Source: Hemiscyllium ocellatum
Taxonomy: Eukaryota
Assembly: GCF_020745735.1 (NCBI RefSeq)
Contig: NC_083407.1
Coordinates: 34,711,857 to 34,775,856, forward strand
Reading direction: 5' to 3'
Length of the DNA stretch: 64,000 nucleotides
Part shown: positions 1 through 12,069 of the stretch, piece by piece
Layout of the letters: every line of letters begins with the position of its first letter
How positions within the stretch are numbered: position 1 is the first letter of the stretch
The notes under the pieces: model-generated
Databases searched by the model: none
What the model was told of the DNA's origin: nothing
What the model saw: the letters and a program-made list of their open reading frames with translations, nothing else
Translations under genes and position numbers: made by a program

Positions 1-120
1 TTTAATAGCATCTGGATGGCTATATAAATAGGAAGAGTTTAGAGGGATATGTGCCAAGTGCTGGCAAATTGGATGAAATTTTTTATGATATCTGGTCGGC
101 ATCTCTACAACTCTATGATC
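1..120 (+). mobile_element. CR1/HER1-type LINE 3' end fragment (cut by the window edge)
   Basis: catctggatgg...ataggaag..tttagagggatatgtgccaa..gctggcaaa..gga...tctggtcggcat...ctctatga; the same 3' UTR recurs at about 13965-14110, 39640-39790 and 52990-53120. Confidence 0.7.
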
Positions 121-1019
121 CTAAATTGCATTTTTCTTTCATACTTTTAAACTTATTTTATTCATGGAGGAATTTAAAAACGTAAAATATTACAATTTAA
201 AGAGTACAATGTTTTAATTTTTTTTCTAGTAAAGGAAATTCTACAGAACCAAACTACAATTTTATCATGGAATCCAGTGTTTTACTTAAATTCATGATTT
301 TCAGAAAACCACAACTTCAACTGAGGAGTCCCTAATTACTAACACATCCTATCATACCACACGATTTAACAGCCTTTTAACATAACACACTTCATTTTAC
401 TGTCCTTGCAGTGCATAATGAATTGCTAAGTTAAAATCGCCCACTTTAAATCATTGTTAAAAGTTAACATTGCTCCACTTGCGTGTCACTGCATTGAAAC
501 GTGCAGTAGATCCAAGTTATTCAATCTTTAGGAATGTTGAAAGGACAGTGCAGTGAAATTCTAGGTTACCGGCGAAACCAGAATGATTGAACTCCCGATG
601 TTCTCCTTATCATGTATAAATGAGAGAAATATTTTTTCTTGGCATTTTCTTGGAACAGTCTACTAAATGACCTACATAATCAGAAATTGCACAGTTCAAA
701 GCCAAACATTACTGCAATATCACAAGCAGGTCATTTAAGTACAGAGAAACTCAAACTGTTGTTTTCTTTATTGGAGGAGGAATTTAAGATTTCAGAGCAC
801 TAATATCTGTTGACAGTAATGTTCTTTGTGCTATTAAAATTTCACTGTTCATTTTTGCCCCAACAAAAGTGGCACTTTGATGTTCTAACATTCCTTGGAA
901 ATTAATACAATTTAGAATCTAACTCCCTAAGGCAGAAAATTGGCTTCATACATACATTTCAAACTTCCAGTCAAACTCCAAATAGTATTTTTTTTAATTG
1001 AAGTAATATGACAAAATAC

Positions 1020-2150
1020 AATAGCAAAACAATATATTGGAGAGATTACAGGACTCAGTGGGAGAGAGGGATCTGAGGGATCTGGTACACGAATCACAGA
1101 AAGTTAATATGCAAGTGATTAGAAAGGCAAGTGGAATTTTGTGGATAATTACAAGGGGAATGTAATGCAATGGTTAGGACATTTTCCTGGAGGAAAGTTT
1201 GACATTGGTGAGACCATGTTGCAATACTATATACCCATTTGGTCGACTTATTTGGAAAAAAACATATTATTGTACTGGACTAGTTCAAAAAAGAGGTTCA
1301 CTTGATCCATTCTTAGGATGAAGGGCTTATCGTGTGAAGAAAAGTTGAACATATTTGGCCTATGATGATTGGCATTTATCACAATGAAAGGTAAGGTTAT
1401 TGAAACTTAATGTGTGAAAATGTAAAAGCAGAGTATATAATTGCAAGTTTTGAGAAGATTTATACCTCAGGTTGAGGGTCTACATGTATGTTTGCTCGTT
1501 GGAGTGGAAGGTTTGTTTTCAGATGTTTCATTATCATACTCGGTAACATTATCAATGAGTCTCTGGTGAAGCACTGGTGGTATGGCCCACTTTTTATTTA
1601 CGTGTTTAGGTTTCCTTGGGTTGGTGATATAATTTCCTGTGGTGGTGTCATTTCCTGTTTTTTTCTCAAGGGTTGGTAAATGGGATCCAAGTCAATGTGA
1701 TCCTAGAAACATGGCACTCCAACCGAAACTCCATCAACAAACACACTGACTTTGATCCCATTTATCATCCTCTGAGAAAAAGAACAGGAAATTACATCAC
1801 CACAGGAAATGAATCATCTGAAAATGAACCTTCCAGATCAGCAAACAAACCTACATCCAGAGTGCATAATCTCAGAGGAAGCTGTCATCTAGTTAGAACA
1901 GAGATGAGGAGAATTTTTTTCTCTCACAGAGTCATTCATCTGTAACATTCGTTACCACTGAGGGCTACCAAAGCCAAATCCTTAAGTATATTGATGGTTA
2001 AGATAGGTTTTTTTTTAATTAATAAGAGAATTAAAGGCTTTCAAGAAAAGTCAAGATACTGGAGTTGAGTTTTATCAGATCAGCAATCACATTATTGAGA
2101 TGAAGCAGAGTTGATGGGTTGAATGGTCTCTTCCTGTGTCTTATAGAAAA
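1020..2150 (+). mobile_element. Decayed CR1 LINE, 3' part of ORF2 and 3' UTR, interrupted by a PLE relic
   Basis: Remnants of the RDLGVLVH / LVRPHLEY / RRFTR / RGDLIETYK motifs; resumes after 1860 with the typical CR1 3' end. Confidence 0.7.
1443..1858 (-). mobile_element. Poseidon-type Penelope-like element relic with inverted (fold-back) structure
   Basis: The + arm encodes LETWHSNRNSINKHTDFDPIYHPLRK (GIY-YIG C-terminus, same family as 20720-21858) and the left arm is its reverse complement with the 3' tail. Imperfect TSD cagagtatataat (1429-1441) / cagagtgcataat (1858-1870). Decayed hammerhead near 1518-1558 on the minus strand. Confidence 0.8.
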
Positions 2151-2806
2151 ATATAAAAACTTGATGGTGTTTGTTTGGGTAGATATCGAGAGAATGTCTT
2201 GTCATTGAGCCCAAAATAGAGAATGTGTTTTGGAATAACATGTCTTCCTTCTTAGGTGAGATGTGTTGAATCTCTGCCTCGGTATGAAGTAATGGTCACA
2301 TGGGCTGATAAAATTCACGCAAGGTTGAGTTGGATTAACCTTTGGTAGACAAAAGTCAAGGTTATGTAGTACAGAGAGCTAAATGGAGCTAAAACAGTTG
2401 CCCGAGTAGCAATTATATTATTGAATGATGGCATAGTTCAAGACCTCAGTTTATTCCTTTTCTTATGTTCCTGTGAGGATAAGCAAATTATCTTTAAGCA
2501 CAGCTTAATAACAGCACATAAGTAAAAGTAACAGAAGTAAAATATTGTTTCGTGAAATCCAAAATCAATACTAGAAGTACTCAACAGGTCATTGAAGATC
2601 TGTAGAGCATGTTAAAATCAGGTGAGAAGGGTTGAACTGGCATCTTTTGTTTCAACCTTCTTGCTTGGCCACAACAAAAGTCTTAGTTTTTTTAGCAGGA
2701 GGCTGTACTTCAGTCCAACTAAAAGTTGTGAACCGTTTTTTACTGTAGCAGGAAGGAACCAATCACAATATTTTCTCAAGAGTGATTTTATAACCTGTTT
2801 ACTAAG

Positions 2807-2843
2807 ACACACACACACACTCACTTTCTATCTCTCTCTCTCT
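2807..2843. repeat. (AC)n/(TC)n microsatellite
   Basis: acacacacacacac...tctctctctctct. Confidence 0.8.
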
Positions 2844-3676
2844 AATGGAATAGTGTCCATAACGTAGTGAAGATTTTAAAAATATGTACAGATAAGAGTC
2901 CTTTAGGTGTTCTTGTGTTGTAACATTTGAATTGAGACCATGGAAGAAATTGTATTCTTTTTTGACAAAGTATGGAGGAAGGCAGAAAATTGGAAGGGAT
3001 GTCTTATTGTGGGCAGTGTAGGCTTTCTGACATGATTCTTCTCAGGTCATTACATGTGCATTTTTGGGTTAAAGAAGCAACACATTTTAATGTTTTCCTT
3101 AAGAGAAAGATGCAATAATAACTGCCAAAAACAGCCTGGATAGAGTTTAGCACCCATGGACAGGTCAAAAACCTGTCTCCAATGACACAAGAGGGTGATT
3201 TGTTCTCCCTGACAGTTCATGCAATGCTTCATGCTCCTTTGAGTGTGAGTTAGCATTTTCAGGTTACCACTGAAAAGGACTGTTACACAGGAAGTTGGAT
3301 GCCATACATCTCCACCAGATGCCTTGTGTGCAATCAATGTTCGTCACTTAATTTCAGCTACCAAATAAACATGATTGCCACTGTAGTGCTATTGACTCTC
3401 TCAGATCTATTTGGGTTGATACTTAAATATAAAGAAAGCTACAACATTTAAAAATGTGACTTATATTATTTGCGCTATAGCTTGCTGATCTTTCGTCACA
3501 ACTTGGAGAATGTTCACAGCTGACACTTCATACCAAAGGCTTGGATGGGAAAAAGACACAACTATAAATGATGGCCTTTGAAGTTGATCTCCTTTTTGCG
3601 TTCAACCTTGCTTGTCTCCCCTGGTCAGGCTTGGTCACATCAACTGATGCTCCCAAAGCTGACTTGCTTTGGGGAT

Positions 3677-3701
3677 GTTGTGTGTGTGTGTGTGTGAGAG
3701 A
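3677..3701. repeat. (GT)n(GA)n microsatellite
   Basis: gttgtgtgtgtgtgtgtgtgagagag. Confidence 0.8.
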
Positions 3702-3715
3702 AACAGGGACATAAT

Positions 3716-3823
3716 GCAATTCTGAAGAAAGGTCACTGGACAAAAAATATCAACTTTGTTTTCTCTCCACAAACACGACCAAACCTCCTGGGTTTTTCCA
3801 GCAATTTCTGTATTTGTTACAGA
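3716..3823 (+). mobile_element. Old PLE terminal-repeat relic with decayed hammerhead
   Basis: ttCTGAAGAaaggtcactggacAAAA..atcaac followed by ctctccaca...ccagcaatttctgt; homologous to 38829-38915. Confidence 0.55.
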
Positions 3824-4478
3824 GTGTAGAGGGGAGGTGGGCAGGAGAGTGAAGATTCTGATTGGCTTAATTATCTTTGGGGAGTAAAATGTTATTTTCA
3901 GTTCAAGATCCCACTTGTCTCATCTGTCTTTGGTTCCATTAAACTTTGCCAAATTATGTGGGTCAGGTGATGCATTGTAACCAATTGAAGTCAGTATCTT
4001 AGGTCCAGTTTTAACACCATTTCAGTTCATCAAAGTCTTGAGTATTAAATTATGATGGAATTCAAAAGTCAGTGGTCCACATTTTATATCATTGTGCCAA
4101 AAGAATAATTGTTTAAATATTTCAAGTGATTGACCTTGTTCACAGAAATTTGTAAAGGGAAAGTATATACTTCAGAACAACAAGAACTCCAAAGGGAAAA
4201 CTGTGACTTATATTATTTGCTGCTAACATTATAAGCTATATTAAAGTTAGTTGAATGATACCCAAAGAATACAAACAGCAAGCCAAACCAGTTCCCAAGA
4301 AAGAGCTCATTGTTTTGGTTATTGCAGTATAATTAAAGAGAGCATCACAGTTTATAACTATTTTTTTGATTGCTTACATATATTTTTGGATTACATTCAC
4401 ATCATTAAAGAAAAAGCTAATTGATTTCCATCATTAAATACTATTTCTAAGACTGCAGTAATAATTGAAGAAAGATAA

Positions 4479-4757
<279 letters not shown>

Positions 4758-5350
4758 TAAATTGAAATCCTCACGATGTTTCTCGATAATGAAACAGTTA
4801 GATCTTCATTGTACATGATGCGCATCAATTTTTCTACAATACTTGCAAATTCTTTTTCATATGTGTAGACTATTAGATGGCATTTTCCACTCTATTAGGA
4901 CAAGCAGCTAAAATTTCAAAGCAAATTCATTATTTTAAGTGATTCAAGCACAAGATGTGCTTGGGGCTGTTGTGAGTGACAAACTTTTAACTACTTTGTT
5001 CTCATTACATTAAAAGAGGTTGTCTTAGTCAACAAGTGAACTTGTTCAATAAATAACCTCTTCAAAACATAGAGACATAGGTAACAATATTACAGCTGAA
5101 TAAAGGCAACCAAAGAGCCATGAGCGAGGAGCTGGGTAGAATTGCCTGGGAAAGGAGCCTTGCAGAAAAGGCAGTGGAACAGCAAAGGCAGGAGTTTCTG
5201 GGAATAATTCAGGAGACACAACAGAGATTCATTCCAAGGAAAAAGAAACATGGTACAGAGAGGAGGAGGCAACAGTGGCTGAAGTCAGGCTGAGCTGAAA
5301 ATGTATTGCTGGAAAAGTGCAGCAGGTCAGGCAGCATCCAAGGAACAGGA

Positions 5351-6067
5351 ACAGGCTCCTCCAACTGCCACCAAGACAGAACCCCACTGGTTCTCACCTA
5401 CCACCCCACCAACCTCCGTATACAACGTATCATCTGCCGTCATTTCCGCCACCTCCAAACGGACCCCACCACCAGGGATATATTTCCCTCCCCTCCCCTA
5501 TCAGCGTTCCGCAAAGACCACTCCCTTCGTGACTCCCTCGTCAGGTCCACACCCCCCACCAACCCAACCTCCACTCCCGGCACCTTCCCCTGCAACCGCA
5601 GGAAATGTAAAACTTGCGCCCACACCTCCACACTCACTTCCCTCCAAGGCCCCAAGGGATCCTTCCATATCGCCACAGGTTCACCTGTACCTCCACACAT
5701 CATCTATTGCATCCGCTGCACCCGATGTGGCCTCCTCTATATTGGGGAGACGGGCCGCTTACTTGCAGAACACTTCAGAGAACAGCTCTGGGACGCCCGG
5801 ACCAACCAACTCAACCACCCCGTGGCTCAACACTTTAACTCTCCCTCCCACTCCACCGAGGACATGCAGGTCCTTGGACTCCTCCACCGGCAGAACATAA
5901 CAACACGACGGCTGGAGGAGGAGCGCCTCATCTTCCGCCTGGGAACCCTCCAACCACAAGGAATGAACTCAGATTTCTCCAGTTTCCTCATTTCCCCTCC
6001 CCCCACCTTGTCTCAGTCGGTTCCCTCAACTCAGCACTGCCCTCGTCACCTGCAATCTTCTTCCTGA
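5351..6067 (+). pseudogene. C-terminal fragment of the PLE ORF (RT thumb remnant, Zn-finger-like linker, GIY-YIG endonuclease)
   Basis: IY-x-YIGET-x-R-x-E-x-N GIY-YIG signature in the 253-aa ORF. The RT core is absent and the first ~15 aa come from the inverted terminal piece. Confidence 0.85.
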
Positions 6068-6199
6068 CCTCTCCGCCCCCACCCCACTCCGGCCTATCAC
6101 CCTCACCTTGACCTCCTTCCACCTATCACATCTCCATCGCCCCTCCCCCAAGTCCCTCCTCCCTACCTTTTATCTTAGCCTGCCTGGCACACTCTCCTC

Positions 6200-6235
6200 A
6201 TTCCTGATGAAGGGCTTATGCCCGAAACGTCGAAT
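6200..6235 (+). ncRNA. Minimal type I hammerhead ribozyme (intact core)
   Basis: ATTC-CTGATGA-A-GGGC-ttat-GCCC-GAAA-CGTC-GAAT: stem I ATTC/GAAT, stem II GGGC/GCCC, palindromic ACGT in place of stem III, predicted cut after GUC at 6231. Confidence 0.85.
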
Positions 6236-6330
6236 TTCCTGTTCCTTGGATGCTGCCTGACCTGCTGCGCTTTAACCAGCAACACATTTTCAGCATCCAA
6301 GGAACAGGAAATTCGGTGTTTTGGGCATAA

Positions 6331-6364
6331 TCCTGATGAAGGGCTTATTCCCGAAACGTCGAAT
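6331..6364 (+). ncRNA. Second hammerhead copy, with truncated stem I and a stem II mismatch
   Basis: TC-CTGATGA-A-GGGC-ttat-TCCC-GAAA-CGTC-GAAT. Confidence 0.65.
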
Positions 6365-7606
6365 TTCCTGTTTCTTGGATGCTGCCTGACCTGCTGCGCT
6401 TTTCCAGCAATACATTTTCAGCTCTGATACTCCAGCATCTGCAGACCTCACTTTCTCCTTGAAGTCAGGCTGAACAAAGAGAAGTCAGGGATAGCGTAAA
6501 AGCAAAAGAGAAAAAGCATATGGCAAAGGGCCATGGGAAACCAGAGGATTGGGAAGCTTACAAATATCCACAGAGGGCAACAAAAAATAAATAAGGAGGG
6601 AAAAGTTTAAATATGAGGATAAGCTAGCCAATGATATAAAGAAAGACTGTAAGAGTTTCTTTAGATATATAAAGGGCAAAAGGGAGGCAAAAGTGGACAT
6701 TGGGCCACTGGAAAATGACACTGGAGAGATAGCAGTGGTGAACAAGGAAATGGCTGAGGAACTGGATAGTTACTTTGCATCAATCTTCATGGTGGAAGAC
6801 TAGGGTCACATACCAAGACATCAAGAGATTGGGGGGAGGGGGGGGGTGCAAAGCTGAGTATGGTGGCCATCACCAAGGAGAAGGTGCTAGAAAAACTGAA
6901 TGGCCTGAAGGTGAATAAATCACCAGGACCAGATGAGATATACCCTACAGTTCTAAGGGAGTTGGCGGAAGAGACGGCGGAGGCGTTAATGGTGATATTT
7001 CAGGAATTGTTAGAATCAGAGAGGATCCCGGAGTACTTTAACATCATGAACACGACATCCCTTCTTAAAAAGGGAGTAAGGCATATGACAGAAAATTACA
7101 GACTGATTAGTCTAACCTCAATCGTGAGTAAGATCCTGGAATCCGTTGTGAAGGATGAGATTTCTGAATCCTTGGAAGTGTATGGTGAAATAGGGCAAAG
7201 TCAGTATGGTTTCATCAAAGGGATGTAATGTTTGACACATCTACTAGAATTCTTTGAGGAAGTGATGATCAGGTTAGACCAAGAAAAGCCAACTGATGTT
7301 ATCTACCTGGACGTCATGAAGGCCTTTTACAAGGTGCTGCACAGGAGGCTACAGAGTAAGATAAGGGCCCATGGTGTCACAGGCAAGGTGCTAGCATGGA
7401 TAGAAAGCAGACAATGGATATAAAAGAGTCCTTCTTAGGATGGCAGCTGGTGATAAGTGGTGTTCCGCAAGGGTCAGTGTTGGAACCACAACTTTTCACT
7501 TTATAAATTAACAATCTAGATGAAGGAACTGAGAGCATTCTGGCTAAGTTTGCAGATGATGCAAAGATAGGAAGAGGGATATGCAGTTTTGAGGAGATGG
7601 ACAGGC

Positions 7607-7729
7607 TGAAAGGCTTTTGCCCAAAACATCGATTTCACTGCTCCTTGGATGCTGCCTGAACTGCTGTGCTCTTCCAGCACCACTAATCCAGAATCTGGTT
7701 TCCAGCATCTGCAGTCATTGTTTTTACCT
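7607..7729 (+). mobile_element. Short PLE 3'-terminal relic inserted in CR1
   Basis: Decayed hammerhead (tgaaaggcttttgcccAAAAcatcgat), then ggatgctgcctgaactgctgtg...ccagcatctgcag tail; interrupts CR1 ...aggctg|cagaag. Confidence 0.75.
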
Positions 7730-10547
7730 CGCAGAAGCATTTGGACAGGTTACGAGAGTGTGCAAAGAAATAGCAGGTGGAGTACAATGTGGGAAACTGT
7801 GATGTCATGCACTTTGGTAAGAAGAATAGAGGCATGGACTATTTTCTAAATGGGGAGAAAATTCAGAAGTCTGAAGTGCAAAAAGATTGGGAGTTCTAGT
7901 CCAGGATTCTTTCAAGGTAAACATACTGGTTGAGCCAATAGTTAGGAAGGCAAATGCAATGTTGGCATTTAATTTGAGAGGATGAAAATATAAAAGCAGG
8001 GATGTACTTCTGAGGCTCTATAAAGGTCTGGTCAGACCACATTTGGAGAGTATTGTACTCAGTTTTAGGCACCATATCTTGGGAAGGATGTATTGACCCT
8101 GGAGCGTGTTCAGAGGAGGTTCACAAGAATGGTCCCAGGAATGAAAAGCTTAACATATGAGGAATGTTTGAGTACTCTGGGTTTGTATTCGATGGAGTTT
8201 AGAAGGATAAGGGGAGATCTAATTGAAACATACAGAATACAGAATAGCCTAGACAGAGCAGATGTTAGGAAGATGTTTCTGTTGGTAGGAGAGACTAGGA
8301 CCCGAGGGACAGCCTTAGGGTAAAAGGAAGACCTTTTAGTACAGAGATAAGGAGAAACTTCTTCAGCCAGCAACTGATGAATCTGTGGAATTCATTGCCA
8401 CAGAAGGCTGTGGAGGCCATGTCATTGAGTATATTTAAGAATGAGTTAGATAGGTTCTTCAGGATCAAGGGGATCAAGGATTAGGGGAGAATGAGATAAA
8501 CTTATCAGCCATGATTGAATGGTGGAGCAGACTCAATGGGGGGCTGAATGGCCTAAGTGTATAAGTGTATGATTGTATACACCTCTGAGTAAGGAATACA
8601 GAGAAATTCCAAAATGTTATTATTTAATAAATAAACATTGCTTTAACTCAATGAAGTTGAACATAATAATGTAATGATTTCAGGTTAATTATTACTGGAC
8701 AAGTCAGATCGCAATTTACATCTGAAGTTTGGCCTGATAGTTCATGTCGTGCTTTTATTTTGCTTTTAATGATGTGATGTTGCATCAAAGCACAAGCACC
8801 AATGCTATAGATTTGGTTTTAACACCAACACAATTGTTTTTCAAGTACAAGAAATGAAAATTAAAACAGAATCATGAAAACAATCTACTTATAAAGCAAA
8901 CATAAAATCTTCAAAGCACAGAAAAGAGTAGATCACAGCTACATGGAATGTATTAACTACATCTTCAATTCCTAGTCTCAAGCATCAGATATATTCTTCC
9001 TTGACTCTTCATACATCTGAACTTAGACTTTCTCAGCTTCAAATAATCCTTTTAGCTTCTTAAGAAAACAGTTCTAGTCTAGAATTCTAAAGCCAAATTC
9101 TTTGCTGAAGTAACGTATTTTTAATGGTTTTAAATGATCTCCCTTATAAAGGTACTATTGTTTTATTGGTTCAGCTTTACCCAAGACCTCTGCAAACCTG
9201 TCAAACTGAAGCTAAAAATGTTTTCAACAATATGGGTGTTACCCTTAAGATAAATAAGAGCACAATTTCCAAAAAATTTCCAACTGAGGCCTAATTCACT
9301 GCACCAATAAATTAGTGCCTGTAAAATGTTCCCAATGCAAACAAATTACCATTAGCTTCAAATAACTCTAGCTCTCTCTCACTGTTCATAAAAAATGAAC
9401 AACAAAATTGTTTACAAAAACAACTCCTAGTTAAATATTGAATTCCATCATAGACGCAAATCGAACCTATGTATCACTGGTTTAAAACTCTAAGTCAAAA
9501 AGACATAGAACATAGAAATAGAACAGTACAGGACAGAACAGGCCCTTCAGCCCACGATGTTGTGCCAACCACTGATCCTCATGTATGCACCCTCAAATTT
9601 CTGTGACCATATGCATGTCCAGGAGTCTCTTAAATGTCCCCAATGACCTTGCCTCCACAACTACTGCTGGCAATGCATTCTATGCTCTCAACGCTCAGTG
9701 TAAACAACCCGCCTCTGATATCCCCTCTATACTTCCCTCCAACCAGCTTAAAACTATGACCCCTAATGTTAGTCATTTCTGCCCTGGGAAATAGTCTCTG
9801 GCTATCGACTCTATCTATGCCTCTTATTATCTTGTATACCTCAATTAGGTCCCCTCTTCTCCTTTTCTCCAATGAAAAAAGTCCGAGCTCAGTCAACCTC
9901 TCCTCATAAGATAAGCCCTCCAGTCCAGGCAGCATCCTCGTAAACCTCCTCTGAACCCTGTCCAAAGCATCCACATCTTTCCTATAATAGGGCAACCAGA
10001 ACTGGATGCAGTATTCCAAGTGCGGTCTAACCAAAATTTTATAGAGCTGCAACAAGATCTCACTACTCTTAAACTCAATCCCCCTGTTAATGAAAGCCAA
10101 AACACCATATGCTTTCTTAACAATCCTGTCCACTTGGGTGGCCATTTTAAGGGATCTATGTACTTGCACCCCAAGATCCCTCTGTTCCTCCACACTGCCA
10201 AGAATCCTATCCTTAATCCTGTAATCAGCTTTCAAATTCGACCTTCTAAAATGCATCGCCTCACATTTATCCAGGTTGAACTCCATCTGCCACCTCTCGG
10301 CCCATCTCTGCATCCTGTCATTGTCCCGCTGCAGCCTACAACAGCCCTCCATACTGTCAACGACACCTCCAACCTTTGTGTCATCTGCAAAGTTGCTGAC
10401 CCATCCTTCAATCCCTTCATCCAAGTCATTAATAAAAATTACAAACAATAGAGGCCCAAGGACAGAGCCCTGTGGAACACCACTCACCGCTGCAAATGTG
10501 TTGCTGGTCAAAGCACAGCAGGTTAGGCAGCATCTCAGGAATAGAGA

Positions 10548-10583
10548 ATTCGACGTTTCGAGCATAAGCCCTTCATCAGGAAT
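10548..10583 (-). ncRNA. Minimal hammerhead ribozyme (left arm of the palindrome)
   Basis: Reverse complement reads ATTC-CTGATGA-A-GGGC-ttat-GCTC-GAAA-CGTC-GAAT. Confidence 0.8.
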
Positions 10584-11071
10584 AAGAGAGAGAGAGCCAA
10601 GCCGGCTGAGATAAAAGGTAGGGAGGAGGGACTAGGGGGAGGGGCGATGGAGGTGGGATAGGTGGAAGGAGGTCAAGGTGAGGGTGATAGGCCGGAGTGG
10701 GGTGGGGGCGGTGAGGTCAGGAAGAGGATTGCAGGTTAGGAGGGCGGTGCTGAGTTGAGGGAACCGACTGAGACAAGGTGGGGGGAGGGGAAATGAGGAA
10801 GCTGGAGAAATCTGAATTCTCCAACCACAAGGTATGAATTCAGATTTCTCCAGCTTCCTCATTTCCCCTCCCCCCACCTTGTCTCAGTCGGTTCCCTCAA
10901 CTCAGCACCGCCCTCCTAACCTGCAATCCTCTTCCTGACCTCTCCGCCCCCACCCCACTCCGGCCTATCACCCTCACCTTGACCTCCTTCCACCTATCCC
11001 ACCTCCATCGCCCCTCCCCCTAGTCCCTCCTCCCTACCTTTTATCTCAGCCGGCTTGGCTCTCTCTCTCTT

Positions 11072-11107
11072 ATTCCTGATGAAGGGCTTATGCTCGAAAC
11101 GTCGAAT
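11072..11107 (+). ncRNA. Minimal hammerhead ribozyme (right arm of the palindrome)
   Basis: ATTC-CTGATGA-A-GGGC-ttat-GCTC-GAAA-CGTC-GAAT, with one G-U wobble in stem II. Confidence 0.8.
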
Positions 11108-12069
11108 TCTCTATTCCTGAGATGCTGCCTAACCTGCTGTGCTTTGACCAGCAACACATTTGCAGCTGTGATCTCCAGCATCTGCAGACCTCATTTTTTA
11201 CTCGAACACCACTCACCACAGACTTCCAGCAGAATATTTTCCTTCTACTAACACTCTGTCTTCTGTTGGCCAGCTAATTCTGTATCCAGATAGCTATGTT
11301 CCCCTGAATCCCATTCCTCCTGACCTTCTGAATGAGCCTACCATGGGGAACCTTATCAAATGCCTTGCTGAAGTCCATATACACCACATGCACACTTCGA
11401 CCCTCATCAACTTTTCTAGTCACATCCTCAAAAAACTCGATAAGGTTTGTGAGGCATGAGCTGCCCCTCACAAAGCCGTGTTGACTGCATTTAATCAAGC
11501 CATGCTCTTCCAGATGGTCATAAATCCTATCCCTCAGAATCCTTTCTAACATCTTGCAGACGACAGACGTGAGACTTATTGGACTGTAATTGCCAGGGAT
11601 TTCCCTATTTCCTTTCTTGAAGAGAGGAATTACATTTGCCTCTCTCCAGTCCTCAGGTACAACTCCAGTGGAGAGCGAGGATGAAAAGATCTTCGCAAGT
11701 GGTGAAGCAATTGCACTTCTCTTTCCCACAGCAGCTGAGGACAAATCTGGTCCGGTCCTGGCGACTGGTCAATCTTAATGTTTGTCAAAATTTTCAGCAC
11801 ATCAGCTTCCTCTATCTGTATCCATTCCAGCATGCACACTTGCTCTTCAAAGGTTTCATTCACTACAAAGTTTGTTTCTTTCGTAAAGACAGAAGCAAAA
11901 AAACTCATTTAGGGCTTCCCCTACCTCCTCAGACTCCACCCACAAATTCCCTATGCTATCCCTGATCGGCCCTACTCTTTCTTTGACCATTCTCTTATTC
12001 CTCACATAAGTATAAGACGTTATACTAAAATGTATTTAACTCACAAAAATGCTTAATATTTTAATGTAC

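Larger units (their letters stand above)
5294..6459 (+). mobile_element. 5'-truncated Neptune-type Penelope-like element: inverted terminal piece, Cys linker and GIY-YIG endonuclease, two hammerhead-bearing terminal repeats, 37-nt tail
   Basis: Exact 14-bp TSD TGAAGTCAGGCTGA (5280-5293 / 6460-6473). ORF has PLVLTYHP, CNRRKCKTCAH, IIYCIRCTRCGLLYIGETGR...HFN...EERLIFRLGTLQPQGMN. Clade assignment is from motif recollection, not a phylogeny. Confidence 0.9.
5040..8560 (+). mobile_element. 5'-truncated CR1 LINE (ORF2 RT pseudogene), host to two PLE insertions
   Basis: Broken ORFs KSPGPDEIYP...NYRLISLTS...QYGFIKG, LLEFFEEV...DVIYLD, GVPQGSVL, KFADD, LERVQRRFTRMVPG; CR1 3' UTR at about 8460-8560. 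Confidence 0.9.
10489..11203 (+). mobile_element. Non-autonomous fold-back PLE: 331-bp inverted arms, 16-nt loop, 37-nt tail
   Basis: Exact 14-bp TSD GAACACCACTCACC (10475-10488 / 11204-11217); arms at 10489-10819 and 10836-11166. Confidence 0.92.
9505..12012 (-). mobile_element. Young 5'-truncated CR1 LINE, host of the palindromic PLE
   Basis: Long minus-strand ORFs with VPEDWREANV, QHGFVRG, YMDFSKAFDKVPH, GVPQGSVLGPLLF, FADDTK, RPHLEYC; (ttctatg)n-type tail at 9505-9525. Confidence 0.93.

Noticed and set aside
5301-5900. 199-aa Pro/Thr-rich ORF resembling a mucin or extensin
   Set aside because: Alternative frame of the C-rich PLE endonuclease region; no splice signals or independent support.
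10489-11166. DNA transposon / MITE with long terminal inverted repeats
   Set aside because: The arms are homologous to the PLE 3' end at 5950-6295, and an asymmetric 37-nt tail lies inside the TSD, which fits a retroelement fold-back.
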